DNA of 64,000 nt from a virus (taxonomy: Duplodnaviria; Heunggongvirae; Uroviricota; Caudoviricetes): IMG/VR virus record IMGVR_UViG_3300027673_000001, positions 18,759 through 82,758 of that record. The stretch is one strand, 5' to 3'. Under the pieces are notes generated by a model, which saw nothing but the letters and a program-made list of their open reading frames with translations, did no database searches and had not been told where the DNA came from. A program made the position numbers and the translations under genes. Of the stretch, positions 1-7,437 are shown one piece after another. Position 1 is the first letter of the stretch, and each line of letters starts with the position of its first letter.

Positions 1-1045
1 TGGACACATTAGCCATGATAGCTTTGTATGGGATAACGTACTTCTCAACCTCCGCATAATTCTCATCAAAAGAGATGTAGAAAGTGTTCTTCACCTTGGT
101 GTTGATGGCGTCCTTTTGAAGCTGTTCGATTTCCTTCTGTGTTTGGCTCTCTACAGGTTCTTCAGGATCTTCCTTAGCTTTCTCGAGATTAGCGGGAGAG
201 CTTGTTTCCTCGGGTTGTTTCGCGTCTTCGCTGCTAGACCCACTTTGTTGGTTGTCGTCGGGTTTGTCTTCACTCTCTTCAGAGGTCTTGCTTTGTCCAG
301 ACTCAGACTCAGTGTCTGCCTTTTCTTGTTCCTCTACTTTTTCAGAAGAAGCCGAACCACCAGGGGTTTCTTCGGTGGACTCTTCCTCTTCAGAATCGGG
401 CGCGCCAGCTGGGACTTCTTCTATGGAAGTACCCCCGTCATCTGCGAACTGTGTGTCTGGATTCGACACCATCTCGGGGGTCGTGAGATCAGGCAAGGGA
501 GGAGCCTTCTTCTTGAGATTCTTCAAGTACTCCGAAATGTCTTTGGCGATAGCGACCACTTCCTCGAAGGTTTCTGCTGCCATTGTGCGGGTAGCAAAGG
601 AACGCTCAACTTCATTCAGCCGAATGAACGTAGTATGGTAGAATTTGAAAAAGACATTCAGACGATCAACCATCGACGCCATAGAGAAATCTGCAGAATC
701 GTAGTTCAGAGTTTGGTGGAGTTCTGTGTATGCGCGACTGAACAGTTTGGCAGAGCCAGGGTACTTGACCTTCATCAGGCGCTCGATACGAGCATCCTCG
801 ATGACGTTCACGATACTAAAGATGTTTTTATCGAATAGACGAAAACCATCTGCTGGGGTATAGAGAGCGTGCCCAACTTCGTGCAGGACAAACATCTCGA
901 GCACGTCAGGAGAGAACTTTTCCCAGATTGGAAGAGTCAAGGTACGGGTAACCACATCGAAGCTGGCAGTTGATGTGTTTCTGTATTCTACTTTGAGGTT
1001 CTCTGCGGAGAGCACCTTGGATATGATTTCTAGTGACTTTTGCAT
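1..1045 (-). CDS. HEXXH metallopeptidase-like / CobT-like protein (partial, runs off left edge; not in ORF track)
   Basis: Hand translation from ATG at 1045 (MQKSLEIISKVLSAENLKVEY...) is open to position 1. It has HEVGH (869-883), NVIEDARIE and a long Glu/Ser/Pro-rich linker. Its position after gp46 matches the peptidase-cobS pair of T4-like cyanophages. Confidence 0.75.
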   Translation of the reverse strand, partial: MQKSLEIISKVLSAENLKVEYRNTSTASFDVVTRTLTLPIWEKFSPDVLEMFVLHEVGHALYTPADGFRLFDKNIFSIVNVIEDARIERLMKVKYPGSAKLFSRAYTELHQTLNYDSADFSMASMVDRLNVFFKFYHTTFIRLNEVERSFATRTMAAETFEEVVAIAKDISEYLKNLKKKAPPLPDLTTPEMVSNPDTQFADDGGTSIEEVPAGAPDSEEEESTEETPGGSASSEKVEEQEKADTESESGQSKTSEESEDKPDDNQQSGSSSEDAKQPEETSSPANLEKAKEDPEEPVESQTQKEIEQLQKDAINTKVKNTFYISFDENYAEVEKYVIPYKAIMANVS

Positions 1046-1069
1046 TTCAATTCCTACTGTCTAGCCTAC

Positions 1070-1098
1070 AGTATAACATCGGATTGAATAAAAATCAA
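1070..1098 (-). promoter_or_regulatory. sigma70-type promoter TTGATT-17-TATACT with extended -10 TG
   Basis: Minus strand gcTTGATTtttattcaatccgatgtTATACT, upstream of SD AGGA and ATG 1045. Confidence 0.7.
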
Positions 1099-1337
1099 GC
1101 GATAGAGTGTCGGATGAGACCCAGGATGTTCACTACAATAAAGAAAATGCTCTGCAAAATCAAGGCTTTAGGAGCGTCCTTGGTTTTGTAGAGCAAGTAG
1201 ACTGAGGCTATGGAACTAGCCAGGAACGCAACATAGCCAAGAGCGGCCATGCCTACGTTCATTGCAATGAGAACGCTTCCGGCAGCGGCACCGCCGAAAG
1301 CTACTACGCCAGATATATGGTACAAAACATTTTTCAT
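1095..1337 (-). CDS. small membrane protein, about 3 TM segments, function unknown
   Basis: 80-aa ORF, almost entirely hydrophobic, with its own promoter; fills the gap after gp46. Confidence 0.75.
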   Translation of the reverse strand: MKNVLYHISGVVAFGGAAAGSVLIAMNVGMAALGYVAFLASSIASVYLLYKTKDAPKALILQSIFFIVVNILGLIRHSIA

Positions 1338-1343
1338 ACTCGT

Positions 1344-1372
1344 ATTGTAACGAGTTCATGAATAAATGTCAA
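1344..1372 (-). promoter_or_regulatory. sigma70-type promoter TTGACA-17-TACAAT; probably yields a leaderless mRNA
   Basis: -35 at 1367-1372 overlaps the gp46 TGA; -10 at 1344-1349; only 6 nt separate the -10 from ATG 1337. Confidence 0.8.
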
Positions 1373-3084
1373 GCCTTCATGACACTAAAGTCTCCGGACT
1401 TCTCAAAGGTAACGAGACCACGGAACTTGTCCTGTAGCCCATCGTGGTGTGCTATAGCGAAGACGTTCGTACCTTCATGGGCGAGGGTATTGATCATGTT
1501 GAGTACGATGTCCTGGTTCGTTTGGTCCAAGCGACCTACAAGTATCTCATCCAATATGAGCAAGTTGCACGATGCGCTGTTCTTGAGCTTGGCGATATGG
1601 CGCCACGTGAACAACAGAGCAAGGTCGATCCTGAGCTTCTCACCTTCGCTGAAGTTGCCATAGGTGAACTCATCACGATGCCTGGACTTTATGACCTCAT
1701 TGAACGATTCGTCGAGTTCAAAGTTCACAAACAGTTCTAGGTCATTGAGGTACTTGTTTAGTAGCTTGTTTATGATCGGCAAGTATTCACGAATGATGGC
1801 CGTCTTAATGCCGGTATCCCTGAGCAGAGTGGATGCGTTTTCCTGTAGCTTTCTGCGTTCAGCCAAATCCTTCTTCTGCTTCATTAGGGTTAGGACTTCT
1901 TCAGCAACAACCTTGAGCTCCTTCTTTGGTGTGTCAATATCGCTTGACTTACTCATCAGTTCTGAAAGCTCGAGTGTTAGGTTACCTACATTGCGCTCAA
2001 TGATAGATAGCTTTGCTTCGTTTTCCTTGATAGCTATGATAAGATTCTTATGCTCTTCGACAAGTTCACTGAGGGAAAGTATCTTGTCCTTGAGTAGATC
2101 TCTTCGCTCCTTAAGGTTTGAGAGTATCTCTTCCGACGACTCAATTTTAAGAGTTAGGTCGGAAACCATGGAGTGCTTATGGGTTTCAGAGATAGACTGG
2201 CTACACACAGGGCATTCATCGTTCTCTCTAAAGAACTCAACTCTATCCTTTAGGGCGTCACATTCAGCACTGCCCGCAGCCACTTTCTCCAGGAGTGTAT
2301 TCCTGAAGTTGTTCATCTCAGTAATCTTGGATGTCTTAAGGCTTAATTCTTCTGCCCTGGCGTTGGACTTCTCAATCTCGGCTGTAATCTCTTTTTGTTC
2401 TTCTATAAGTTCGGCGATAGAAGACTGGATCTTTTGTTGAGTCTCGTCTCTCTTTTCCGAGAGGGCCTTGATGAGCCTCTTCAAACCTTCGGCCTTCTCC
2501 ACCTTGGTTTTGATCTCAGTGTCAACAAAAGCCTGAGTATCCTTAGTCTCCTGAACTTGCTGCTTCAGCAAAAGGTTCATGGTACTGAATATGCCAATGT
2601 CGAGAATGTCCTCAATGACTTCCCTTCGACTGCCTGCATTGAGTTGCATAAATGGGGTGTATGCCGTCGAACCTAGGATAACAATCTGGGAGAATGTCTT
2701 GAAGGACATCATCAGTATTTGTTGCTCCAGGACCTTCTGATAATCCTTGACTGCCGCATCTTGCGTTAGGAGCTTGTCATCAACAAAGATGTCAAACTTG
2801 TTGGGCTTCATGCTACGGAGGACACGATACTTCTTACCGTTTAGTTCAAAATCTACCTGAACCTCACACTGCTTTTGATTGATGGAGTTGATTAGTTGAG
2901 GTTTGTTGATGTTCCTGAACGGGCGCCCAAACAAGCCAAAACAAAGGGCATCTATCATTGTAGACTTCCCAGCACCAGACACGCCTTGTATGAGGGTGGT
3001 TGTGTTTCTGTCAAGAAAAAGAGTAGTGCCTGCGTTGCCTGTAGAGAGGAAGTTTTTGTAGAACAGACGGGTAAACTTTATCAT
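1369..3084 (-). CDS. gp46: recombination endonuclease ATPase subunit (SbcC/Rad50-like)
   Basis: Walker A GVSGAGKST, CPVC zinc hook in coiled coil, signature FSEGE, Walker B LLILDE; adjacent to gp47. Confidence 0.96.
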   Translation of the reverse strand: MIKFTRLFYKNFLSTGNAGTTLFLDRNTTTLIQGVSGAGKSTMIDALCFGLFGRPFRNINKPQLINSINQKQCEVQVDFELNGKKYRVLRSMKPNKFDIFVDDKLLTQDAAVKDYQKVLEQQILMMSFKTFSQIVILGSTAYTPFMQLNAGSRREVIEDILDIGIFSTMNLLLKQQVQETKDTQAFVDTEIKTKVEKAEGLKRLIKALSEKRDETQQKIQSSIAELIEEQKEITAEIEKSNARAEELSLKTSKITEMNNFRNTLLEKVAAGSAECDALKDRVEFFRENDECPVCSQSISETHKHSMVSDLTLKIESSEEILSNLKERRDLLKDKILSLSELVEEHKNLIIAIKENEAKLSIIERNVGNLTLELSELMSKSSDIDTPKKELKVVAEEVLTLMKQKKDLAERRKLQENASTLLRDTGIKTAIIREYLPIINKLLNKYLNDLELFVNFELDESFNEVIKSRHRDEFTYGNFSEGEKLRIDLALLFTWRHIAKLKNSASCNLLILDEILVGRLDQTNQDIVLNMINTLAHEGTNVFAIAHHDGLQDKFRGLVTFEKSGDFSVMKA

Positions 3085-4136
3085 AGGCTAATATTCACGG
3101 CTTCGACGTAGAGTTGTTTCATGTACTTTGCCAACTCTGTCCTATCAACATCTACTTGTGACGACTCAATGTAGTGTTGAAGTATTGATTGGGTATCTTC
3201 AATATCAAGGCTTTCGTCCATCTCATCGGATGTCATTTCAGAGACTGACTCCATGACTTTAATGTCATGCGCTCCACAATTGTAAAGCCTATCCATGAAG
3301 TTGTCAAAGGCATAGTAGTCATTCTTCTTTTGAACCACTACCTTAACAAACTTTTCCGAGAAGAGGGAGACGTCAATCCCTCTGTAGTCTGTGTTGGTGT
3401 CATCATAGACGATGCGCTCAAACATTGTGTAGGGGTTTTCGATGAATGTTAGTTCCCGGGTCGACGTTTCGAAGATATGAAATCCCCTAGGGTCTCCGCT
3501 ATCCATGTGAGTAAGCTCATAAGGATTACCCAGATAGTTAATCCTACCCCGGCTAGACCTATGATGATAATGCCCACTAAAAACCATATCGAATCTAGAA
3601 AAGAGATTAGCCTCGAAACCATCGTGTGACTCCATGCCCCTATACATTGAAAACCCAGATATCTCAAGGTGCCCACACAATAGGTCAGCTCTTGAGTTCT
3701 CCAACATAGACATACTCTCATGGTAGTTGTCGGCACATACCCAAGGCAACATCAGGAACTTCGTTCCGTCTACGAGTGTTATGTCCGTTGGCTTGCTTAT
3801 AGGGATGATGTTATCGTAATCCTGCAGGAGAAGTTCTGGAGAGTTGATGCTTAGGCTGTTCCTGAGCGCTATGTCATGATTGCCTACAAGCATATGAATT
3901 CTCACGCCTGCTTCCTTTGCTGCATCAAAGAAGTATTCCTTGCAACGTTTCAGGGAATAGTAGTCAATGTACTTCCTACGGTCAAAGCAGTCACCAAGGT
4001 GTAGGACTTCTGTGATGCCTTCTTCCTTTAGTCTAGGGAAGAATACGTTCCTGTAGAACTTCTCAAAGAAGTCATGAAAGATTACTCTACCTTCTCGGCA
4101 CCCAAAGTGAGTATCTGTTACAAAAGCTATTTTCAT
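3081..4136 (-). CDS. gp47: recombination endonuclease nuclease subunit (SbcD/Mre11-like)
   Basis: Metallophosphoesterase motifs DTHFG, GDCFD, GNHD, GHYH; ATGA overlap with gp46. Confidence 0.96.
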   Translation of the reverse strand: MKIAFVTDTHFGCREGRVIFHDFFEKFYRNVFFPRLKEEGITEVLHLGDCFDRRKYIDYYSLKRCKEYFFDAAKEAGVRIHMLVGNHDIALRNSLSINSPELLLQDYDNIIPISKPTDITLVDGTKFLMLPWVCADNYHESMSMLENSRADLLCGHLEISGFSMYRGMESHDGFEANLFSRFDMVFSGHYHHRSSRGRINYLGNPYELTHMDSGDPRGFHIFETSTRELTFIENPYTMFERIVYDDTNTDYRGIDVSLFSEKFVKVVVQKKNDYYAFDNFMDRLYNCGAHDIKVMESVSEMTSDEMDESLDIEDTQSILQHYIESSQVDVDRTELAKYMKQLYVEAVNISL

Positions 4137-4672
4137 ATTGTGTTGTTATCTTCTTCACCAAGGAACTCGTCAAGAGGAGACTTCACATTCTTCTTGGGCT
4201 TCTTGGCGATACTCTTCTCATAAGCCTCGAAGTCAAAGGAGCTGTTTGACTGGATGAAACTAACAAAGTTCTGGGACATTTCATTGTCATCAAACTCCTG
4301 AAGTTCGAAAGCCTCAAAGGGCATCTCCATAACCAGCTTGTGTTTGATGTAGCTCTGCTTCTTTTCCCTTGCTATACGTCTTATGAAGGCATAGTAACAA
4401 ATCTGCGTGAAGTAGGCAAATGCGTTTGAGGATTTAGAGGAGTCAAAGTTCGTGAGATACTGAAGACAGTTTTCAATGCCGTCGGACACCATCTCTTCTC
4501 GGTATGAGTAGTTGTAGAAGTTGGGCTTTGAAGCAAACCTGTTGGCTATGTCATAGATGCATACACCGATGTACTCAGGGACTCTTTCCTCTGGATTATC
4601 TTTGAGTCTGAGTTTGTACTCCTCAAGGGCCTTTACAAACTCAGCGTTGTTCACATAATGGTTTTTTGACAT
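4133..4672 (-). CDS. gp55: late-transcription sigma factor
   Basis: HYVNNAEF, YSYREEMVSDGIENC and AFAYFTQICYYAFIRRI are characteristic gp55 segments. Confidence 0.95.
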   Translation of the reverse strand: MSKNHYVNNAEFVKALEEYKLRLKDNPEERVPEYIGVCIYDIANRFASKPNFYNYSYREEMVSDGIENCLQYLTNFDSSKSSNAFAYFTQICYYAFIRRIAREKKQSYIKHKLVMEMPFEAFELQEFDDNEMSQNFVSFIQSNSSFDFEAYEKSIAKKPKKNVKSPLDEFLGEEDNNTI

Positions 4673-4697
4673 GGTACTCCTATTGTCTGTTACCTAA

Positions 4698-4725
4698 ATT
4701 ATAACACCATAGGACGTTGTGTCAA
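4698..4725 (-). promoter_or_regulatory. sigma70-type promoter for gp55-47-46 (TTGACA-16-TATAAT, extended -10)
   Basis: Both hexamers are perfect consensus; SD AGGAG precedes ATG 4672. Confidence 0.8.
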
Positions 4726-4733
4726 TGTTTGCT

Positions 4734-4805
4734 TCTTGAATTTGACAGAACGCTTGACATGTCATAAACTAACCGTGTACTGGATGATAATCAACAGGGA
4801 TTATA
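4734..4805 (+). repeat. conserved intergenic element, copy 1 (contains TTGACA-17-TAAACT at 4742-4770)
   Basis: 64/72 identical (7 mismatches, 1 gap) to 58981-59051 by hand alignment. Confidence 0.9.
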
Positions 4806-6297
4806 TCTTATAGTGCTTTATAGAGAACTCTAGTTGCTCTTCCCTGTATTGCTCTAAGCGAGCCTTCATGTGGTTAAGACTAAAGTTACCCTTTGAGTTC
4901 GTAGACAAGTCATCGGCTATATCGAAGAGACGACACATCTCTTTCCCGTCCTTGAGTCTTAAGCCCCTACCTATGGATTGTAGGTTCCTGATTTTGCTCT
5001 TTCCGGGACTAGCAAATATGATGTTTTCTATGCTTGGTATGTTCACACCCGTGGATAATGTCTTGAAGCTAGCCACAACAATGGCGTCATTGTGAGTATT
5101 CAATACTTGCCTTATGCGTTCTCGTTCGTCTACAGAAACTTCGCCCGAGATGTAGAACAAAGGTCTGTCCTCTCCACATACTTCCCTTATCAACTTATGT
5201 AGTGGCTTGCCGTGCTTCTCCACAAACTCAAATAGCACTAGGGTGTTTCCCTTGCAAGCCTTTGCTAGTTTTGCGGTGAAGGCAAGCCTTCTTTTGTGGC
5301 CTATGATGAAGTCCAACTCTTGCCTGTACTCTACTTTCTTGACTAGCTTACGCTCTTCAATTGGGTATTCGAGAACCAGAGTTGTGATTTTGAGGTTCGT
5401 AACCTGACCCCTATCCATCAGTTCCCGTGTTGTAGTGACTACATGGACGGGTCCAAAGCTTCCTTCTAGGGTTAGCTTTGACACCTTTGCGTCTTGAAGT
5501 GTTCCTGTAGTGCCTAATCTGTATTTTGCCCTACGGAGTTTTGTTGCTATTTCCAGAATAGACTTTGAGGCAAACAAGTGAGCTTCGTCTCCGATGTAGA
5601 CATCCCATGCGTCAAGAAGTTTTGACTTGGCGTCTTTCTTTGTGATGGAGTGGATGCTTTGCCATGTAGTAATCAGAACTGGGAGGTCGAATGACTTTTC
5701 CTGCCCACCATAGAGTTTGTGGACGTGTTCGTTGACATCCCATTCGTCTTCCGAAGAATAGTCGTCAAAGTCACTGAACATCTGCTCAACAAGGCTTGTT
5801 GTTGGTACCATAAGAATGATTCTTCTATTGTACCTTAGATGCCAACGGACATAACAATAGATGATGGCAGACTTACCACTGGATGTGGGTGATAGTAGCA
5901 GACCACCGTTATGGTTTATGGCGTGACGTATGGCTTCGACCTGATAGTCACGTAGAGCAATTTTTCTGCCGCCAGTGTGGAGGTTTAGACTATCAACAAA
6001 CTTTTGGACTTCTTCGGTTGTTAGATTGTCTCTTTCGTCAAACGTCTTATCTATGACTGGGTATTCGTTCTTATCTGCGAATAGTCTCACATAGTCAGCC
6101 AAACCTACCGGCAGAGTCTTGCGTCGTATGTCATACATCCTTGCTTTGCCGTCCCAGATTTTGTTCTTGAAGGCTGGCATGAATCTGGCACCAGGGACAT
6201 CAAACGTAAAGAACTCATTCAGTTCCTGTTCGATACCATAGTCGTCAGATGAGACAAATAGCGTCGCTTCGTCTCTTTTCTCGATTGTGATAGTCAT
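4801..6297 (-). CDS. uvsW: UvsW SF2 DNA/RNA helicase
   Basis: SPTSSGKS Walker A, DEAH, TGT motif III, QSIGRGLR motif VI; next to uvsY. Confidence 0.95.
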   Translation of the reverse strand: MTITIEKRDEATLFVSSDDYGIEQELNEFFTFDVPGARFMPAFKNKIWDGKARMYDIRRKTLPVGLADYVRLFADKNEYPVIDKTFDERDNLTTEEVQKFVDSLNLHTGGRKIALRDYQVEAIRHAINHNGGLLLSPTSSGKSAIIYCYVRWHLRYNRRIILMVPTTSLVEQMFSDFDDYSSEDEWDVNEHVHKLYGGQEKSFDLPVLITTWQSIHSITKKDAKSKLLDAWDVYIGDEAHLFASKSILEIATKLRRAKYRLGTTGTLQDAKVSKLTLEGSFGPVHVVTTTRELMDRGQVTNLKITTLVLEYPIEERKLVKKVEYRQELDFIIGHKRRLAFTAKLAKACKGNTLVLFEFVEKHGKPLHKLIREVCGEDRPLFYISGEVSVDERERIRQVLNTHNDAIVVASFKTLSTGVNIPSIENIIFASPGKSKIRNLQSIGRGLRLKDGKEMCRLFDIADDLSTNSKGNFSLNHMKARLEQYREEQLEFSIKHYKI

Positions 6298-6334
6298 AAA
6301 AATACCTAGAGTTTTTGGTCTCTAGGTATATATG
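6298..6334 (-). terminator. intrinsic terminator (10-bp stem plus U5) abutting the uvsW start, with a late-promoter-like CATATATA overlapping its 5' arm
   Basis: Stem 6302-6311/6320-6329, A-tract 6298-6302 on +, CATATATA at 6327-6334. Confidence 0.7.
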
Positions 6335-6335
6335 T

Positions 6336-6773
6336 TCAATTTCCTGCTTTGAACTGTTCCCACTGTATGTGGTTCTTTATGGCCCAATCTCTTCCTTTGA
6401 TTGCTGTAAGAATAGACTCAAGCATAAAGACTACATTCTCCATGTACTCTATTCTGGTGGCTATCTTAACAAGGTCTGGGTCAACATCCAGCTTCTCTGC
6501 CATTTCTGTCTTTAGGGGTTTGATACCCTGATACTGGTTCCAACCTTTTTCTTCGAGCTCTGCCTTGGTCATCTCTCCCCTGAAGTATCTGTTCTTAATC
6601 TCCCTCAGGGACTTGTAGTCATAGGATAGCTTTATGAGTTTACCCTTTGCCTGCATGAGCATTGACAGATACTTCTGGTGAAGGTTTGCTGTCCTTAGCG
6701 TTTCAAGAGTTAGGTCGTTTCTGTTGATGTTACAGTCAACAGCCCACTCTTCGTTGATTTGTTCTATATTCAT
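6336..6773 (-). CDS. uvsY: UvsY recombination mediator
   Basis: Helical 145-aa protein with LHQKYL, YFRGE and IKGRDWAIKNHIQWEQF; between gp3 and uvsW. Confidence 0.9.
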   Translation of the reverse strand: MNIEQINEEWAVDCNINRNDLTLETLRTANLHQKYLSMLMQAKGKLIKLSYDYKSLREIKNRYFRGEMTKAELEEKGWNQYQGIKPLKTEMAEKLDVDPDLVKIATRIEYMENVVFMLESILTAIKGRDWAIKNHIQWEQFKAGN

Positions 6774-6797
6774 AGACGTATGTTACACTGAAACCTA

Positions 6798-7328
6798 TCA
6801 GTTGTCAACAAAGAAGTATGAATAGTGAAGTGTGATGCTTGACTTGGCGTATAGAACGTCCTGGGCTTGTGTAGAGAATCTTATCCCACCAAGAGATGAA
6901 GGAAAACAATCAACAAACTTGAACTTCTTTATGACCTCATTGTTCTTTCCTAGTAGGAACAATGTGGCGTCGGAATAGTTCCTTGGGAGGTCAGCAGAGT
7001 CCTTGAACCCCCTGCTTTGGTTCTCTCTAGTGTATTGTTCATAAGTCTCGGGAAACCCCAGGCCCTGCATCCATTTAAAACACTCCATCCAGTTTTCCAG
7101 CTTGGCGTCAACAGCAAACTCAACTGTTAAGGGCGAGAAGATGATTTTGTCTGTAGGTACTTGGACGTTAACCAAAGGGGTTGGTTGTTCTGTAGGAGGC
7201 AGAGAAATGTCTGGGAGAGTGACTTCCTGCGTAAAGAAGCTCACTAGGGGCATACGTTCTATCTGCAGAACAAAGCCGTTGGGGTTTAGGAAGTTTATAT
7301 CTACGCTTGGGCAGGTTAGGTTGCTCAT
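6798..7328 (-). CDS. gp3: tail tube terminator / sheath stabiliser
   Basis: NFLNPNGF...FFTQEVTLP...FSPLTVEFAVDAKLENW; follows gp23 as in T4-like cyanophages. Confidence 0.88.
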   Translation of the reverse strand: MSNLTCPSVDINFLNPNGFVLQIERMPLVSFFTQEVTLPDISLPPTEQPTPLVNVQVPTDKIIFSPLTVEFAVDAKLENWMECFKWMQGLGFPETYEQYTRENQSRGFKDSADLPRNYSDATLFLLGKNNEVIKKFKFVDCFPSSLGGIRFSTQAQDVLYAKSSITLHYSYFFVDN

Positions 7329-7345
7329 AGGGTATCCTTTCTAAG

Positions 7346-7384
7346 TATGTATAAGACAAGAAACCTCGGTGTTGCCACCGAGGT
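7346..7384 (-). terminator. terminator hairpin after gp23, followed by late-promoter variant TATACATA for gp3
   Basis: 8-bp stem 7363-7370/7377-7384 then TTCTTGTCTT; TATACATA at 7346-7353; SD AAGGA. Confidence 0.65.
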
Positions 7385-7410
7385 AGAAGACTAGTCTATG
7401 CTAGTTTTAT

Positions 7411-7430
7411 TACTCCCCGCGCGGGGAGTA
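7411..7430. repeat. perfect 20-bp palindrome TACTCCCCGCGCGGGGAGTA just after the gp23 stop
   Basis: Read directly from the sequence. Confidence 0.9.
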
Positions 7431-7437
7431 TAGTGCA

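Noticed and set aside
116-838. + strand ORFs 116-838 and 252-641
   Set aside because: Antisense shadows of the unlisted - strand HEXXH gene (1-1045), which has the promoter, SD and recognisable motifs.
7329-7437. tRNA or structured ncRNA in the larger intergenic gaps
   Set aside because: No cloverleaf, T-loop (GTTCRA) or CCA arrangement; only simple hairpins.
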